IMG/VR virus record: IMGVR_UViG_3300004369_000001
Coordinates: 32,001 to 96,000 of that record
Reading direction: 5' to 3' (one strand)
Length of the DNA stretch: 64,000 nucleotides
Source: a virus
This document shows, piece after piece, positions 8,409 through 17,502 of this stretch. The position numbers and the translations under genes were made by a program. The notes below the pieces were generated by a model. It worked only from the letters and a program-made list of their open reading frames with translations, made no database searches and was not told the origin of the DNA. Numbering within the stretch: position 1 is the first letter of the stretch; every line of letters begins with the position of its first letter.

Positions 8409-11400
8409 TAGGTTACTCCCTCCAATGATCTGCCAATGTCGTATGGATACTGATCTTGACATTCATCGAAATATGGATTGCCCAAATTTCGGATTGTCTT
8501 ACTAAGTGCAGTTGTACCACCCGACAAATAATTCAAAACTTTGAATGTGCCCGAATATGGACCCATCTTCATTCTATATTTACCTTGGGTGATCCTACTA
8601 GGGTCAATAGCGATGGAAACGTCCGCAACACTCTCCAATGCAATACATCCATTACACAATCCAGTGCCACTGTTGTCTTGCTGAGAGAAGAAGAGCGAAT
8701 ATGGAGTCGCTGAAGTTGGTGGAGTGATTTCGTAGTAAGTTAGACCAGGAAGACCATTACCATTTGCGTCATAACCACAAAATACGTCCAAAGGACCATC
8801 TGTATTAGATCCCTTCCTCACATAGCGGTCCCAGCAGTCCTCAGGGATGCCTAGAGGGTCTGTAGGACACTCATTATCGTTAACACGGATAGAAGTGTAG
8901 ACTGCGCTGTCCTGCTCCTCCACAAAACCTTCTTCATCGGCAAGTGGATCTGCGGGATTGTAAGAATATGTGGTCCAGAATCCATAAGTGGAGTTTGGAG
9001 TATATTCGACGTTATCTCCCAGCCAAAGTTGGAATTGCTCGAATTCTGTGAAATTACTGCGATTATAGTCAAACGTATTTTCATCAGATCCCGTTGGGAC
9101 GAAAATTAGGTCATTGTTGTTGTTTGGATCACGATAGCAACGACCTGAGACAGTTCCACGACTACAATTCCAAGTTTTTGTGCCACCAGACACTTTTCTA
9201 CGCTCAGTCAAGCGTGGTTTCGGTAAGCCATTCAAAAATTCCATAAATTGCTGACCCTGAGATCCAGTTGTGGTCCCTTCAATGCTCAAATTGACTTGGA
9301 ATTGCGCTTCCTCGTCTTTTGGCGCACAATATTTGTATGGGAGGTAACCAAAAGCGACTGTTTTGCCATATGTGCGTGATTCTTCGTCTTCATCCGCTGC
9401 CATATAGGCACATGGCATCTGAAACCACTTCTTGATATTGTAAATAATCGGTTGAGCGACGTAAATGCAGCGATTTCCGCCAAAAGCACCATACAAACCG
9501 TTGAAAGCATCGGTAGTTTTCTCTGCTGTCTGAATATCTTGCTGAATTTCCGAGTGATACTTGCTCTGATATTCAGCAACGCCAGAATTTACATTCAAAA
9601 CGTCAAACATTCCGCTTGGAGGGAAGGCTTTTGTCAATGGCATCCCCATTGTGATGTCAATACAGTCAGCAGGGAGTGCTTGGCAGAAAGCAAATTGACC
9701 ATCTGGGTCAACTTCCGCCAATTCCATGTATGTGATTGGAATATTTGTCTTATTCCCCTCAGTCAAAACGCCAAAACTCTGCTTAATAATGTCTTGGAAG
9801 GGTGTCATGTCCTTTCCAAGCGTATCTGAGTCCAACATCCCACTCAAAGCATCGGGTTGTTTGCGAATACTCTCGTTATCGAGCTTAGATTCTGCCTCAA
9901 CTTGCAATCCTTGCTCGGCAATATAGACAACTGGCGGGTTTTGGGGGTCATAACCACTGCCACGATTGGTAATTGTGACCTTTCTGATGATTCCCGAGGG
10001 AGAAATGTCCGTGATTTTCGCTTCTGCTGCTTTATATTGCAAAACTGTGTCAAATTCACGCGATCTTTTGTTATAACCTTGCGCTACTTTGTTAAGAACT
10101 CGTCTCTGTTGGGCAGATCCAGTGCGATTTGTCTCCAATTGTGGGAATTGATTGATGTTTTCCTCGTATTGTGACTTGAATCCACGCCTAACTCCCTCTG
10201 CAGTGTCTTGTGCAGAGAATTCTTCGAGGATTTGTGGGTCGGAAATGACGATTTGGGGGTTGATATACCCCACTCCACCGTTGATGATGCTGATTTCTAC
10301 CACTTCACCCTGGGTATTGACCACTGCTTCTGCCTCAGCAAGGTCCAAAGTGCGGGTTGGTATCAATGCTTGAGGGTCAATCTTGACTTTATAGTATTGA
10401 ATATTCTTCTCAAACTCGTAAACACCCCAAAATGCGACCTTATCTGCGATGCCATACCCTGCCAAGACCACTGCAGTAGCACCATCTGCCGCAGTAATCG
10501 CCTGTTCGTAGGTAAATTTGTTGCCATCTACACCTTCATAGCGCGATAGGTCCATATAACCGCACTTCATTTTGTCTCCAAAGTAGAAAACGCGGTTGAT
10601 CAACCACCCTTGGAAGATCTCACCCTTCTTAAAACTACCCGAAGATGAGGTATAGCGGAAAAAGATACGCCTATCATTAGTGCCAGCAGTGGAAAATGAC
10701 TCCTCTAGACCACTACCCCCAGGTCCTTCCAGGGTAATCTTGGACTTTGTAGTCTTCCATGCATCTTCTCTGATCTGATAGAAGTGCGAATAGAATTCGG
10801 TATTGGGTATGCAGCAAGGATATGACTTTCCAGCCCCCCCAGTGCCTTCTGTGGTGCAAGTTGCGTTTGGACAACATGCTCTATCACTCAATTCATACTG
10901 AATGCCAAAGATCGGACCATTCCAGGGGTAGGTTGTGTCATACAGGTAATACATGAATTGGGAGTCATACCCATATTGAAACCCTAGGAATCGTGGCACA
11001 GCACCCTTGATGGCACCATTCAGACCATACAACCACTCGAAACGTGCTTCTTCATTGAGAATGGTAACACCAGATCCACCACCTTCAACGTTATCATTCA
11101 ATGGCCATCCATATCCATCGACAGCAGGGACACCAATGTCACTATTTCTGCGATATCTGAGGTATGAGTAGGTAGTAGTATTCCATGCATACCACCCAGA
11201 CTTGTCAATACACTGCCCTGTAGGACCAATCTTACCAATATCGATAATTCTCTTACTGCCTGCATCAGGTGCGTCACCACCAAAAACATAGCAGAGGATA
11301 CCCTGATACTCATATTCGCCATTCATGGCGTCTTTGGGGGCGATAGGACCGCCACTCAGGTTGACTTCGCCAGCAGGTGTGGTGGTATAGAAGTTGTCAG

Positions 11401-12028
11401 ACTCGGGTGTGCCGCTATGAATGACGTTATCTTTGAAATAGTGATACAGTGGTTGGATAGATTCACCACTCCCTAGGTAGTCTGCTGCAGCACCAGGAGT
11501 CGTAAACACATATCCCAACTTTGAGACATATCGATACGGCGCATCATTGTCACTTGCAGGGGGTGTAGCAGATAATGTAAGAATCGAATCATCATTATTT
11601 CTACCTCTGTAATGAGAATACAGCGGCACCGATCCTTGGACTTGTGTCCTCATAATAAAAAACACAGGAATATCGCCCTGTCTAGGCTCAGGGTTATATC
11701 CTCTTAAAACTTTACGCCACGATTCATCATCACCGACAGCATCTTCTTGTCTTAACTGATCTCGGTGTGTGTATTTGTGATCGTATTTTGCTCCACGATA
11801 CCAACGATATATTGGTTGTCTCTCGAATTCGCAATTATCTACACAGGTAGCCTCTTCATCGCCAATGTAATGCACATTATCTCTGCCAAGCGGCATCGAC
11901 CCAGGACCCTCGTCGAGGAAGGAGAGAGTGTATTCTGACCCATCGTAGTCAAACATAGGTCTCTCATAATCTTCCCCATCGATCGGGTTTGGGAAACTGC
12001 GACCTGTTTCAAGAATAAAGGCGGGCAT
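8408..12028 (-). CDS. Large virion structural protein (1206 aa)
   Basis: N-terminal PIYRWY/PLYSHY/PLYHYF..FYTT repeats (DUF5648-like); GGVGYINP and GSGYDP modules like those in gp7; baseplate context. Confidence 0.7.
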   Translation of the reverse strand: MPAFILETGRSFPNPIDGEDYERPMFDYDGSEYTLSFLDEGPGSMPLGRDNVHYIGDEEATCVDNCEFERQPIYRWYRGAKYDHKYTHRDQLRQEDAVGDDESWRKVLRGYNPEPRQGDIPVFFIMRTQVQGSVPLYSHYRGRNNDDSILTLSATPPASDNDAPYRYVSKLGYVFTTPGAAADYLGSGESIQPLYHYFKDNVIHSGTPESDNFYTTTPAGEVNLSGGPIAPKDAMNGEYEYQGILCYVFGGDAPDAGSKRIIDIGKIGPTGQCIDKSGWYAWNTTTYSYLRYRRNSDIGVPAVDGYGWPLNDNVEGGGSGVTILNEEARFEWLYGLNGAIKGAVPRFLGFQYGYDSQFMYYLYDTTYPWNGPIFGIQYELSDRACCPNATCTTEGTGGAGKSYPCCIPNTEFYSHFYQIREDAWKTTKSKITLEGPGGSGLEESFSTAGTNDRRIFFRYTSSSGSFKKGEIFQGWLINRVFYFGDKMKCGYMDLSRYEGVDGNKFTYEQAITAADGATAVVLAGYGIADKVAFWGVYEFEKNIQYYKVKIDPQALIPTRTLDLAEAEAVVNTQGEVVEISIINGGVGYINPQIVISDPQILEEFSAQDTAEGVRRGFKSQYEENINQFPQLETNRTGSAQQRRVLNKVAQGYNKRSREFDTVLQYKAAEAKITDISPSGIIRKVTITNRGSGYDPQNPPVVYIAEQGLQVEAESKLDNESIRKQPDALSGMLDSDTLGKDMTPFQDIIKQSFGVLTEGNKTNIPITYMELAEVDPDGQFAFCQALPADCIDITMGMPLTKAFPPSGMFDVLNVNSGVAEYQSKYHSEIQQDIQTAEKTTDAFNGLYGAFGGNRCIYVAQPIIYNIKKWFQMPCAYMAADEDEESRTYGKTVAFGYLPYKYCAPKDEEAQFQVNLSIEGTTTGSQGQQFMEFLNGLPKPRLTERRKVSGGTKTWNCSRGTVSGRCYRDPNNNNDLIFVPTGSDENTFDYNRSNFTEFEQFQLWLGDNVEYTPNSTYGFWTTYSYNPADPLADEEGFVEEQDSAVYTSIRVNDNECPTDPLGIPEDCWDRYVRKGSNTDGPLDVFCGYDANGNGLPGLTYYEITPPTSATPYSLFFSQQDNSGTGLCNGCIALESVADVSIAIDPSRITQGKYRMKMGPYSGTFKVLNYLSGGTTALSKTIRNLGNPYFDECQDQYPYDIGRSLEGVT

Positions 12029-12033
12029 TCAAT

Positions 12034-12315
12034 TTATTGAGCTTCCAGTTTATTTAGTCGCTCATACAGATCATCAAAGATCTGTTTCATGTTGAGATAT
12101 TCGTCCGCCCCTTGAGGTTTATACTGAATCATATCCGCCGAAGGCGGAGGGAGTTTCTGTAAAGCACCTTCACATATCGCCACTCGCTTGGATAGATTCT
12201 CAATTGCCTTGCCCACCTGTGTTAACAGATACGCTAACTGATCAGTATCACTCATATCTGGGGTGATGACAACCCCATCTGGGGTGGAGGATGTGTTATA
12301 GTTGATAGGATTCAT
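12034..12315 (-). CDS. Hypothetical coiled-coil protein
   Basis: ORF track; heptad-like segments. Confidence 0.7.
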   Translation of the reverse strand: MNPINYNTSSTPDGVVITPDMSDTDQLAYLLTQVGKAIENLSKRVAICEGALQKLPPPSADMIQYKPQGADEYLNMKQIFDDLYERLNKLEAQ

Positions 12316-12355
12316 AGATGCTCAACGCGGTTTTGGTTTTTCGCGGTTTTTGAAA

Positions 12356-12526
12356 TTACTCAGATTCCTCAACCTTCTTAATGCAGATCGACCCATCGAT
12401 CTCCTCTGTGTATTCTAAAAGATCCCCTTCGACCCATCCAGTCTCGTCAAGTAACTCTTCGGGTAGGGTGATGAAACATTCTCCATGCTCATCTTCTTCC
12501 ACTGGGATTGTGTATCTTTTACTCAT
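12356..12526 (-). CDS. AbrB/MazE-like swapped-hairpin DNA-binding protein
   Basis: FITLPEELLDETGWVEGDLLEY..DGSICIKK pattern. Confidence 0.65.
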   Translation of the reverse strand: MSKRYTIPVEEDEHGECFITLPEELLDETGWVEGDLLEYTEEIDGSICIKKVEESE

Positions 12527-12871
12527 AGGTTTTGCAATACCTGTCATGTGTATGTAGACAAAACAATATTTGACAAAATTGCAAATACTGTATGAGTGGG
12601 TTACTTACCCCTGAAGCGTGTTACAAGTGCCTTGTAGGCGATCCTGAGAGTCTCTGAGAGGGTTATTGAAATATATTCTATTTGCTCTCTTGGCGTGACT
12701 CTGAGGGGAGTTTTTATACCCTCAAAATTTTTTTCAGAGGGGGGGACCCGTAGTTTCATTTTGATAATATGGGGAGATACATCGAGGTCGATGCTATACT
12801 TTTGTAGGTTAGGGACTTATGCGTTTTTAATATACACCATCACCCCCAAGAATACACTGCTCTCAGAGTAA

Positions 12872-13093
12872 CTAATAGTCCCCAACATGCACATCATAGC
12901 ATAACCCTTCAGTGATGCAATAATCACAGAATTGTTGATACTGTGTGAGGTAATCATCAAGGTCCAGGTCTATTAACTGTTGTGCTAATTCGACTTGCTC
13001 TTGTGGTGGTAATTGTCCCTCATCGTATAGATCAAGGAGCGTCTCTAGACTATCAGGAATAGAGGCGATCTTGCTGCCGTAGGTGTCACTCAT
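12872..13093 (-). CDS. Hypothetical acidic protein
   Basis: ORF track; ATGA overlap with the upstream ORF. Confidence 0.7.
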   Translation of the reverse strand: MSDTYGSKIASIPDSLETLLDLYDEGQLPPQEQVELAQQLIDLDLDDYLTQYQQFCDYCITEGLCYDVHVGDY

Positions 13094-13257
13094 GCGCCTG
13101 AGAATTGCTTTGCATCATTGATAGCGAGTTGCTGTGATTTGAATGGACCATACTTAGGACAACCATCGTAATTGTATGCCCAAAAGTATTTCCCACTCTT
13201 CTCCCATACTCTTATATCAACAGGAGGAATTGTTTGGAGTTGGATAGTATTACTCAC
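13090..13257 (-). CDS. Hypothetical protein (55 aa)
   Basis: Read manually, GTG start: MSNTIQLQTIPPVDIRVWEKSGKYFWAYNYDGCPKYGPFKSQQLA..; overlaps both neighbours. Confidence 0.65.
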   Translation of the reverse strand: MSNTIQLQTIPPVDIRVWEKSGKYFWAYNYDGCPKYGPFKSQQLAINDAKQFSGA

Positions 13258-13379
13258 GACCAGTCTCCTCTAATGTCCTCTGAGAATTCAGGTCCTTCAC
13301 TATCATCATAGAGGTCTAGATCGTCCTCTGTTTCTTCACTCAGAAACTCGTCAATCCAATCGGTGTTAGGATCAATCAT
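13254..13379 (-). CDS. Very acidic small protein (41 aa)
   Basis: Read manually: MIDPNTDWIDEFLSEETEDDLDLYDDSEGPEFSEDIRGDWS; 4-nt overlaps on both sides. Confidence 0.6.
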   Translation of the reverse strand: MIDPNTDWIDEFLSEETEDDLDLYDDSEGPEFSEDIRGDWS

Positions 13380-13567
13380 GACTCGTAGTCTCCCTGGGCG
13401 TAATCATCAACAGAATTCTTTCGTTGATACTTACCTGTGGAAAAGTCTGTGGAAAACTCATCATAATTGGTGGAGGATTTCTTACTATTACCCCACTGTC
13501 TTTTCTCTCGAATACTCTTAGGTCTCCGAGAGTTGTAAGGATCATTGCGTTTGTAAGTGCGTCCCAT
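13376..13567 (-). CDS. Hypothetical basic protein
   Basis: MGRTYKRND..; downstream of a sigma70-like promoter. Confidence 0.7.
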   Translation of the reverse strand: MGRTYKRNDPYNSRRPKSIREKRQWGNSKKSSTNYDEFSTDFSTGKYQRKNSVDDYAQGDYES

Positions 13568-13816
13568 TAGTTATGTTTAAGAGGGTTTGAGTGAGTTACA
13601 AATAAGAGGATAAGTCTTATCTGAGTTATTGTCAAGTGGTCTGTGAGGGTTTGTGTAGTGTCCTCTGAGATCTTGCGAGATCTGAGTTGATGTGTTACAG
13701 TCCGAGGTAACTAAAAGATCACACATTTCTCGGAGTATTTAACACAAACATATGTTTTTTAAGGTATTTAGTTTTCCACATGTTTTTCCACAGGTTATAA
13801 AGATATCTGTGGAAAA
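13436..13816. promoter_or_regulatory. Cluster of five DnaA boxes (TTTTCCACA)
   Basis: TGTGGAAAA at 13436, 13448 and 13808; TTTTCCACA at 13772 and 13784. Confidence 0.65.
13607..13635 (-). promoter_or_regulatory. Sigma70-like promoter
   Basis: TTGACA-N17-TATCCT. Confidence 0.65.
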
Positions 13817-13834
13817 CTACGCGGAGAGTATCAT

Positions 13835-14458
13835 TTAGATGGGCACAAAGTTAACAGTGAGAGTGATACGATTAGGCGTAGCATTGCCTTCATAACCATG
13901 TGTAATCATGCTTGGATAGATTATAACATCACCTTCTTCCATAGGTGTTGTTGCTTCCGTAAGATTATAGGGAGAGTAACCTTTAGATGGAAATTGCATG
14001 ACTGGGTAATAGTTTGATGTGACATTACGTCTAAACTTTACAGGTGCATGTCCTTTCTCGTAGTTAATTAAAACGGTGGCAGAATACAAACAATTAGAGT
14101 GCTCATGTGGTGCATACAATGCTCCTTCACCTGCCATCTCTAAGTATGCTTCACTGATGGCAAGATTGACATCATAATTGTATGTCTGAGTATTGAAAAG
14201 ATTAGCAATTTCGATTAACTGTTGGGACAGTAATGGGGATTGCTCAATACACTCATTGCGTGATCCAATTTGTTTTACATTATGAGAGATTGACTCTCTT
14301 CCAGTTTCATCAACTAACTTAACTTTGTTGATGTAAGTGTAGATTTCATTTCGGAGGGCAGGATAATCTTTGAGAGCATATCGTCCTACAGGTTGTGGAA
14401 AAAGACCATAAATCTCCTGTGTTACTGTATCCTCTAGATTGTCAGATAAGTTAGTCAT
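13835..14458 (-). CDS. 2OG-Fe(II) oxygenase (TIGR02466-like)
   Basis: PHEHSN, EGDVIIYPSMITHG, RITLTVN. Confidence 0.85.
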   Translation of the reverse strand: MTNLSDNLEDTVTQEIYGLFPQPVGRYALKDYPALRNEIYTYINKVKLVDETGRESISHNVKQIGSRNECIEQSPLLSQQLIEIANLFNTQTYNYDVNLAISEAYLEMAGEGALYAPHEHSNCLYSATVLINYEKGHAPVKFRRNVTSNYYPVMQFPSKGYSPYNLTEATTPMEEGDVIIYPSMITHGYEGNATPNRITLTVNFVPI

Positions 14459-14484
14459 TTGGGGCGGAGTTGTGTAATACTATT

Positions 14485-14697
14485 TTATACGAGCACATGG
14501 CGATAGTCAATAGTTTTGATGCACCAACCTGATGCACATGTGATCTCTTCAATTAGATCATCTTCATCATCTGCCTCCCAGATTGTTGTAATATACTCTT
14601 CACGAAGTTTCTCCTCCGTGCGTCGTTGATTCCATCGTCCTCCATCATCAGAATCAAGAGAACAATCAAACTCAATGTCAGTAACTTGGAATTGCAT
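14485..14697 (-). CDS. Conserved cyanophage hypothetical protein
   Basis: MQFQVTDIEFD..WEADDEDDLIEEITCASGWCI. Confidence 0.75.
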   Translation of the reverse strand: MQFQVTDIEFDCSLDSDDGGRWNQRRTEEKLREEYITTIWEADDEDDLIEEITCASGWCIKTIDYRHVLV

Positions 14698-14702
14698 TGT
14701 TG

Positions 14703-14876
14703 TTAAACAGTAGCAGGGGCGAGAGTAACAGTAACGCGGTGAAGATTTAATCCTGCGAGTTGCTCACCTACACGTTTGCAAATTACATCAGTGGGATTCT
14801 TTAGGCGAGTCTTTTCATACCAAATTGTGCGACATTGATCGTAGGTTTCAACTTCAATACGAACGGTTTGAGTCAT
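14703..14876 (-). CDS. Hypothetical protein (57 aa)
   Basis: Read manually: MTQTVRIEVETYDQCRTIWYEKTRLKNP.. Confidence 0.65.
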   Translation of the reverse strand: MTQTVRIEVETYDQCRTIWYEKTRLKNPTDVICKRVGEQLAGLNLHRVTVTLAPATV

Positions 14877-15031
14877 TTTGCAGTGCGTTGAATGAGATCA
14901 GCAGTGAGATGAAGTGCTTCGCCTGTGTTATATCTTACACCAGGAAAGAGAAAGAAGGCAACAACAAAGATCAGACCAATAAGTTTCATTTTGTTGGGTG
15001 ATTTGAAGGTCAGATACTTACGTCGTGCCAT
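14873..15031 (-). CDS. Small membrane protein (52 aa)
   Basis: Read manually: MARRKYLTFKSPNKMKLIGLIFVVAFFLFPGVRYNTG.. Confidence 0.6.
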   Translation of the reverse strand: MARRKYLTFKSPNKMKLIGLIFVVAFFLFPGVRYNTGEALHLTADLIQRTAK

Positions 15032-15035
15032 TCAA

Positions 15036-15398
15036 TCAGGCAGCAAGAGGAAGAGCAGACTCACCAAGATTCAGACCAGAATAAAATAACACAACCTCGA
15101 AGGATTGAGTGCTGTTGTTATACTGACGCACATACCAAACATGATCCTTTTGAAATACACCTTCGCCAGCGATTGCATTAGCGTCGCAGATAGCATTGAG
15201 GCGTGATTTGGTAGTGTTGGATTGCCAACCACCATCAAACAGTTGCACACAATCATCACTCACAGTGGCGATATGATTGCCGTGCAGATATACACGAGAC
15301 ACATTATCTTGCTCATCAAATTGCACAGAAGTGTTGCCAGATTGCCAGTTGATAGAATCAGCGATTGCCTGATTCATTTGCTTTTCAATCTTACGCAT
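15036..15398 (-). CDS. Conserved cyanophage early hypothetical protein
   Basis: Start corrected to MRKIEKQMNQAI, downstream of an early promoter; VYLHGNHIA..GGWQSNTTKSRLNA. Confidence 0.8.
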   Translation of the reverse strand: MRKIEKQMNQAIADSINWQSGNTSVQFDEQDNVSRVYLHGNHIATVSDDCVQLFDGGWQSNTTKSRLNAICDANAIAGEGVFQKDHVWYVRQYNNSTQSFEVVLFYSGLNLGESALPLAA

Positions 15399-15449
15399 GG
15401 TTTTGGAGTTAGAGTGAATGTGGAAGGTGCGATCCCCCCCACGACATTG

Positions 15450-15507
15450 AATATAAGGCATTTTGAGGGTCTGTGCCAGAAAAGTGGACACTGTGCCAAC
15501 TGGCACA
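15450..15507 (-). promoter_or_regulatory. Early promoter element, copy 1
   Basis: TGTGCCAGTTGGCACAGTGTCCAC upstream of -10 TATATT. Confidence 0.65.
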
Positions 15508-15510
15508 ATT

Positions 15511-15675
15511 TTACTTTCTAAACCTCGCGCAAACATCATCATAGGATGCACCTACAGGGATTTGTTTGCAAAAACGCTCCATCTTACTGTCCTGCATTTT
15601 GTTGACTGAATCAATAGCGGAGACGCCAATCATGCCACCAATGACAATAACAAATGTACCGAGGAAGATTCTCAT
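15511..15675 (-). CDS. Small membrane protein (54 aa)
   Basis: Read manually: MRIFLGTFVIVIGGMIGVSAIDSVNKMQD.. Confidence 0.6.
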   Translation of the reverse strand: MRIFLGTFVIVIGGMIGVSAIDSVNKMQDSKMERFCKQIPVGASYDDVCARFRK

Positions 15676-15800
15676 TTGTTTAGTGGAGAATTGTAGAAAC
15701 GGCGGAAAGCAGTGACAATAATAATGGCAGTGCTAATAACGCCAACGAGACCAAGAAAAGTCGTTGCATCGCCAGAGAAAGAATAGGTGTCAGGTGTCAT
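15672..15800 (-). CDS. Small membrane protein (42 aa)
   Basis: Read manually: MTPDTYSFSGDATTFLGLVGVISTAIIIVTAFRRFYNSPLNK. Confidence 0.65.
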   Translation of the reverse strand: MTPDTYSFSGDATTFLGLVGVISTAIIIVTAFRRFYNSPLNK

Positions 15801-15883
15801 CGGTAGATTGCTTTGAAGAAGAATACAATGCCAGCAACTGTAATAATACCAGTTGCAATCAGTGAGAGATTAACTATATCCAT
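15797..15883 (-). CDS. Small membrane peptide (28 aa)
   Basis: Read manually: MDIVNLSLIATGIITVAGIVFFFKAIYR; translationally coupled on both sides. Confidence 0.5.
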   Translation of the reverse strand: MDIVNLSLIATGIITVAGIVFFFKAIYR

Positions 15884-16227
15884 CAGGCAGAGATCAGAGA
15901 TTCAAATGCATCACGATGTTGCTCTGCAAAGATAGCAACACATGGCGCGGTGTTGATATACTCAACGATGAAATCTTTGCACTCGGCAACAGTATCGAAT
16001 CCCGCAATGCGCGGATAGACCCACGCAATAGATCCATCAGCAAGTACTTGACTACGACGTGCATTTACACGATAGTTTCCCTCATCCTCAGAGTAATCTG
16101 CAGTGATAGTGAAAGCAGCGAGACGATTCTCACCCACCCAGATAGAATCTTCCTCAACCCAAATATCTTCACAATAGGCGACAGTATCCAGGCGCTTGGT
16201 GTAATCGATGGAGATGGCGTTGGTCAT
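15883..16227 (-). CDS. Early hypothetical protein
   Basis: Start corrected to MTNAISIDY, downstream of a promoter repeat. Confidence 0.7.
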   Translation of the reverse strand: MTNAISIDYTKRLDTVAYCEDIWVEEDSIWVGENRLAAFTITADYSEDEGNYRVNARRSQVLADGSIAWVYPRIAGFDTVAECKDFIVEYINTAPCVAIFAEQHRDAFESLISA

Positions 16228-16246
16228 TCGTTTTGTTTGTTGTGAG

Positions 16247-16308
16247 AGTATATTTGCACAGATCGGGTGCCTGTGCTCATTTAGTGTGCAGGTTGTCTGA
16301 CTGTCACA
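16247..16308 (-). repeat. Early promoter element, copy 2 (near-identical to copies 4 and 5)
   Basis: tatttgcacagatcgggtgcctgtgctcatttagtgtgcaggtt; -10 TATACT. Confidence 0.8.
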
Positions 16309-16516
16309 TGCCATTCAGAAAGTCTGCCATTGCCTCATTATATTCTTCTTCAGTGAAGAAAGTGCGACCATGAATAGTCTTAGGAAACTGCTGTTTTGCA
16401 GCAGGTCGGTAACACTCAGCGACGGTGAATCCCTTCTCTTGAATGTAATCGGTGTAAACGTTTTGCATTGCGTTGTTGTAATTAGAAAACCACTTTGCGT
16501 CGTATTTTGGCATCAT
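16304..16516 (-). CDS. Early hypothetical protein
   Basis: MMPKYDAKWF..; ATGA overlap. Confidence 0.65.
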   Translation of the reverse strand: MMPKYDAKWFSNYNNAMQNVYTDYIQEKGFTVAECYRPAAKQQFPKTIHGRTFFTEEEYNEAMADFLNGM

Positions 16517-16773
16517 GCCGCTGCCTGCTCCCACACGTTGTAAAACATGTCCCAAGCGTAAGTATCAGCAACGAAGGTCTGAATGTCACACTGATCGCAT
16601 ACCCAATCGTATGCCATATCTGCATCAGCGTTAGTATCAATCACGAAATCGTAGAGACCTTCGATTGCACTCTGAAAGTCCTTATCCTCAGCGAGAGAGA
16701 CAAAGAACTTGCCAGTTTCGTTGTCGATCATGATGCGCTTGCCAGTGATAGAGAAAGAAGGAGAGTGAGTCAT
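16513..16773 (-). CDS. Early hypothetical protein
   Basis: Start corrected to MTHSPSFSITGK. Confidence 0.7.
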   Translation of the reverse strand: MTHSPSFSITGKRIMIDNETGKFFVSLAEDKDFQSAIEGLYDFVIDTNADADMAYDWVCDQCDIQTFVADTYAWDMFYNVWEQAAA

Positions 16774-16795
16774 TTGCTTTGTTTGGTGTCCTACC

Positions 16796-16855
16796 ATTAT
16801 AAGCACGGCATCGGGCGACCTGGGGGCATCAGTGTGCCAGTGCGTCAACTGGCAT
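16796..16855 (-). promoter_or_regulatory. Early promoter element, copy 3
   Basis: ATGCCAGTTGACGCACTGGCACAC palindrome with -10 TATAAT. Confidence 0.7.
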
Positions 16856-17096
16856 CATTATGTTGAAAGTATGCTGCAATGATTCGCTCATCATCCTCAT
16901 TCAAATCATCGAATGGAAGAATACTCTTACACAGATCTTTCTTTGCATCATCAATACAATCATCCAGTTGATCGTAGAGATTAGTATAATCGAAATTGCG
17001 AGCGATATATTCTGCAATCAACGGCACATCATCCTCAGGGATATCATCAAAGTTGTCGAGAATGTAGTTGTTGATGTTGATTGTGAGTTTTGCCAT
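16845..17096 (-). CDS. Hypothetical acidic protein
   Basis: ORF track. Confidence 0.65.
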   Translation of the reverse strand: MAKLTININNYILDNFDDIPEDDVPLIAEYIARNFDYTNLYDQLDDCIDDAKKDLCKSILPFDDLNEDDERIIAAYFQHNDAS

Positions 17097-17131
17097 TATT
17101 CTAGTGAAAGAATGATTTGAAGTAATTTATA

Positions 17132-17383
17132 TCAGCAAGCGAGACACATTGCAGAGTTGAAGAGTTGCGGTTCGGTGTGCATATCAGTCACAACATAACC
17201 ATAACCCTCAACGCGAGAATCTACTTCACGTTGGAAATCTTTCTTGTTAATGTAACGCTTGGACTGTCGTGCATTGCAGAAAGTAACAATCTTCAGAATG
17301 TAGCGAGTGCTAATGTCACCATCGGCAAACTTGACGGGATAGAAGTCAACAACCATGTTGGCATCTTTGGAGGTGAGTTGCAT
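17132..17383 (-). CDS. Conserved cyanophage early hypothetical protein
   Basis: MQLTSKDANMVVDFYPVK.. Confidence 0.75.
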   Translation of the reverse strand: MQLTSKDANMVVDFYPVKFADGDISTRYILKIVTFCNARQSKRYINKKDFQREVDSRVEGYGYVVTDMHTEPQLFNSAMCLAC

Positions 17384-17405
17384 TTGCTCTCGTTTCTTTG
17401 ACCTT

Positions 17406-17467
17406 GTTATATTTGCACAGATCGGGTGCCTGTGCCCATTTTGTGTGCAGGTTGTTGGATTGGCACA
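17406..17467 (-). repeat. Early promoter element, copy 4
   Basis: gttatatttgcacagatcgggtgcctgtgcccattttgtgtgcaggttgttggattggcaca. Confidence 0.8.
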
Positions 17468-17502
17468 CTACCCTAGTTTGGGTGCTGCTGGTGGTATGCT
17501 GC

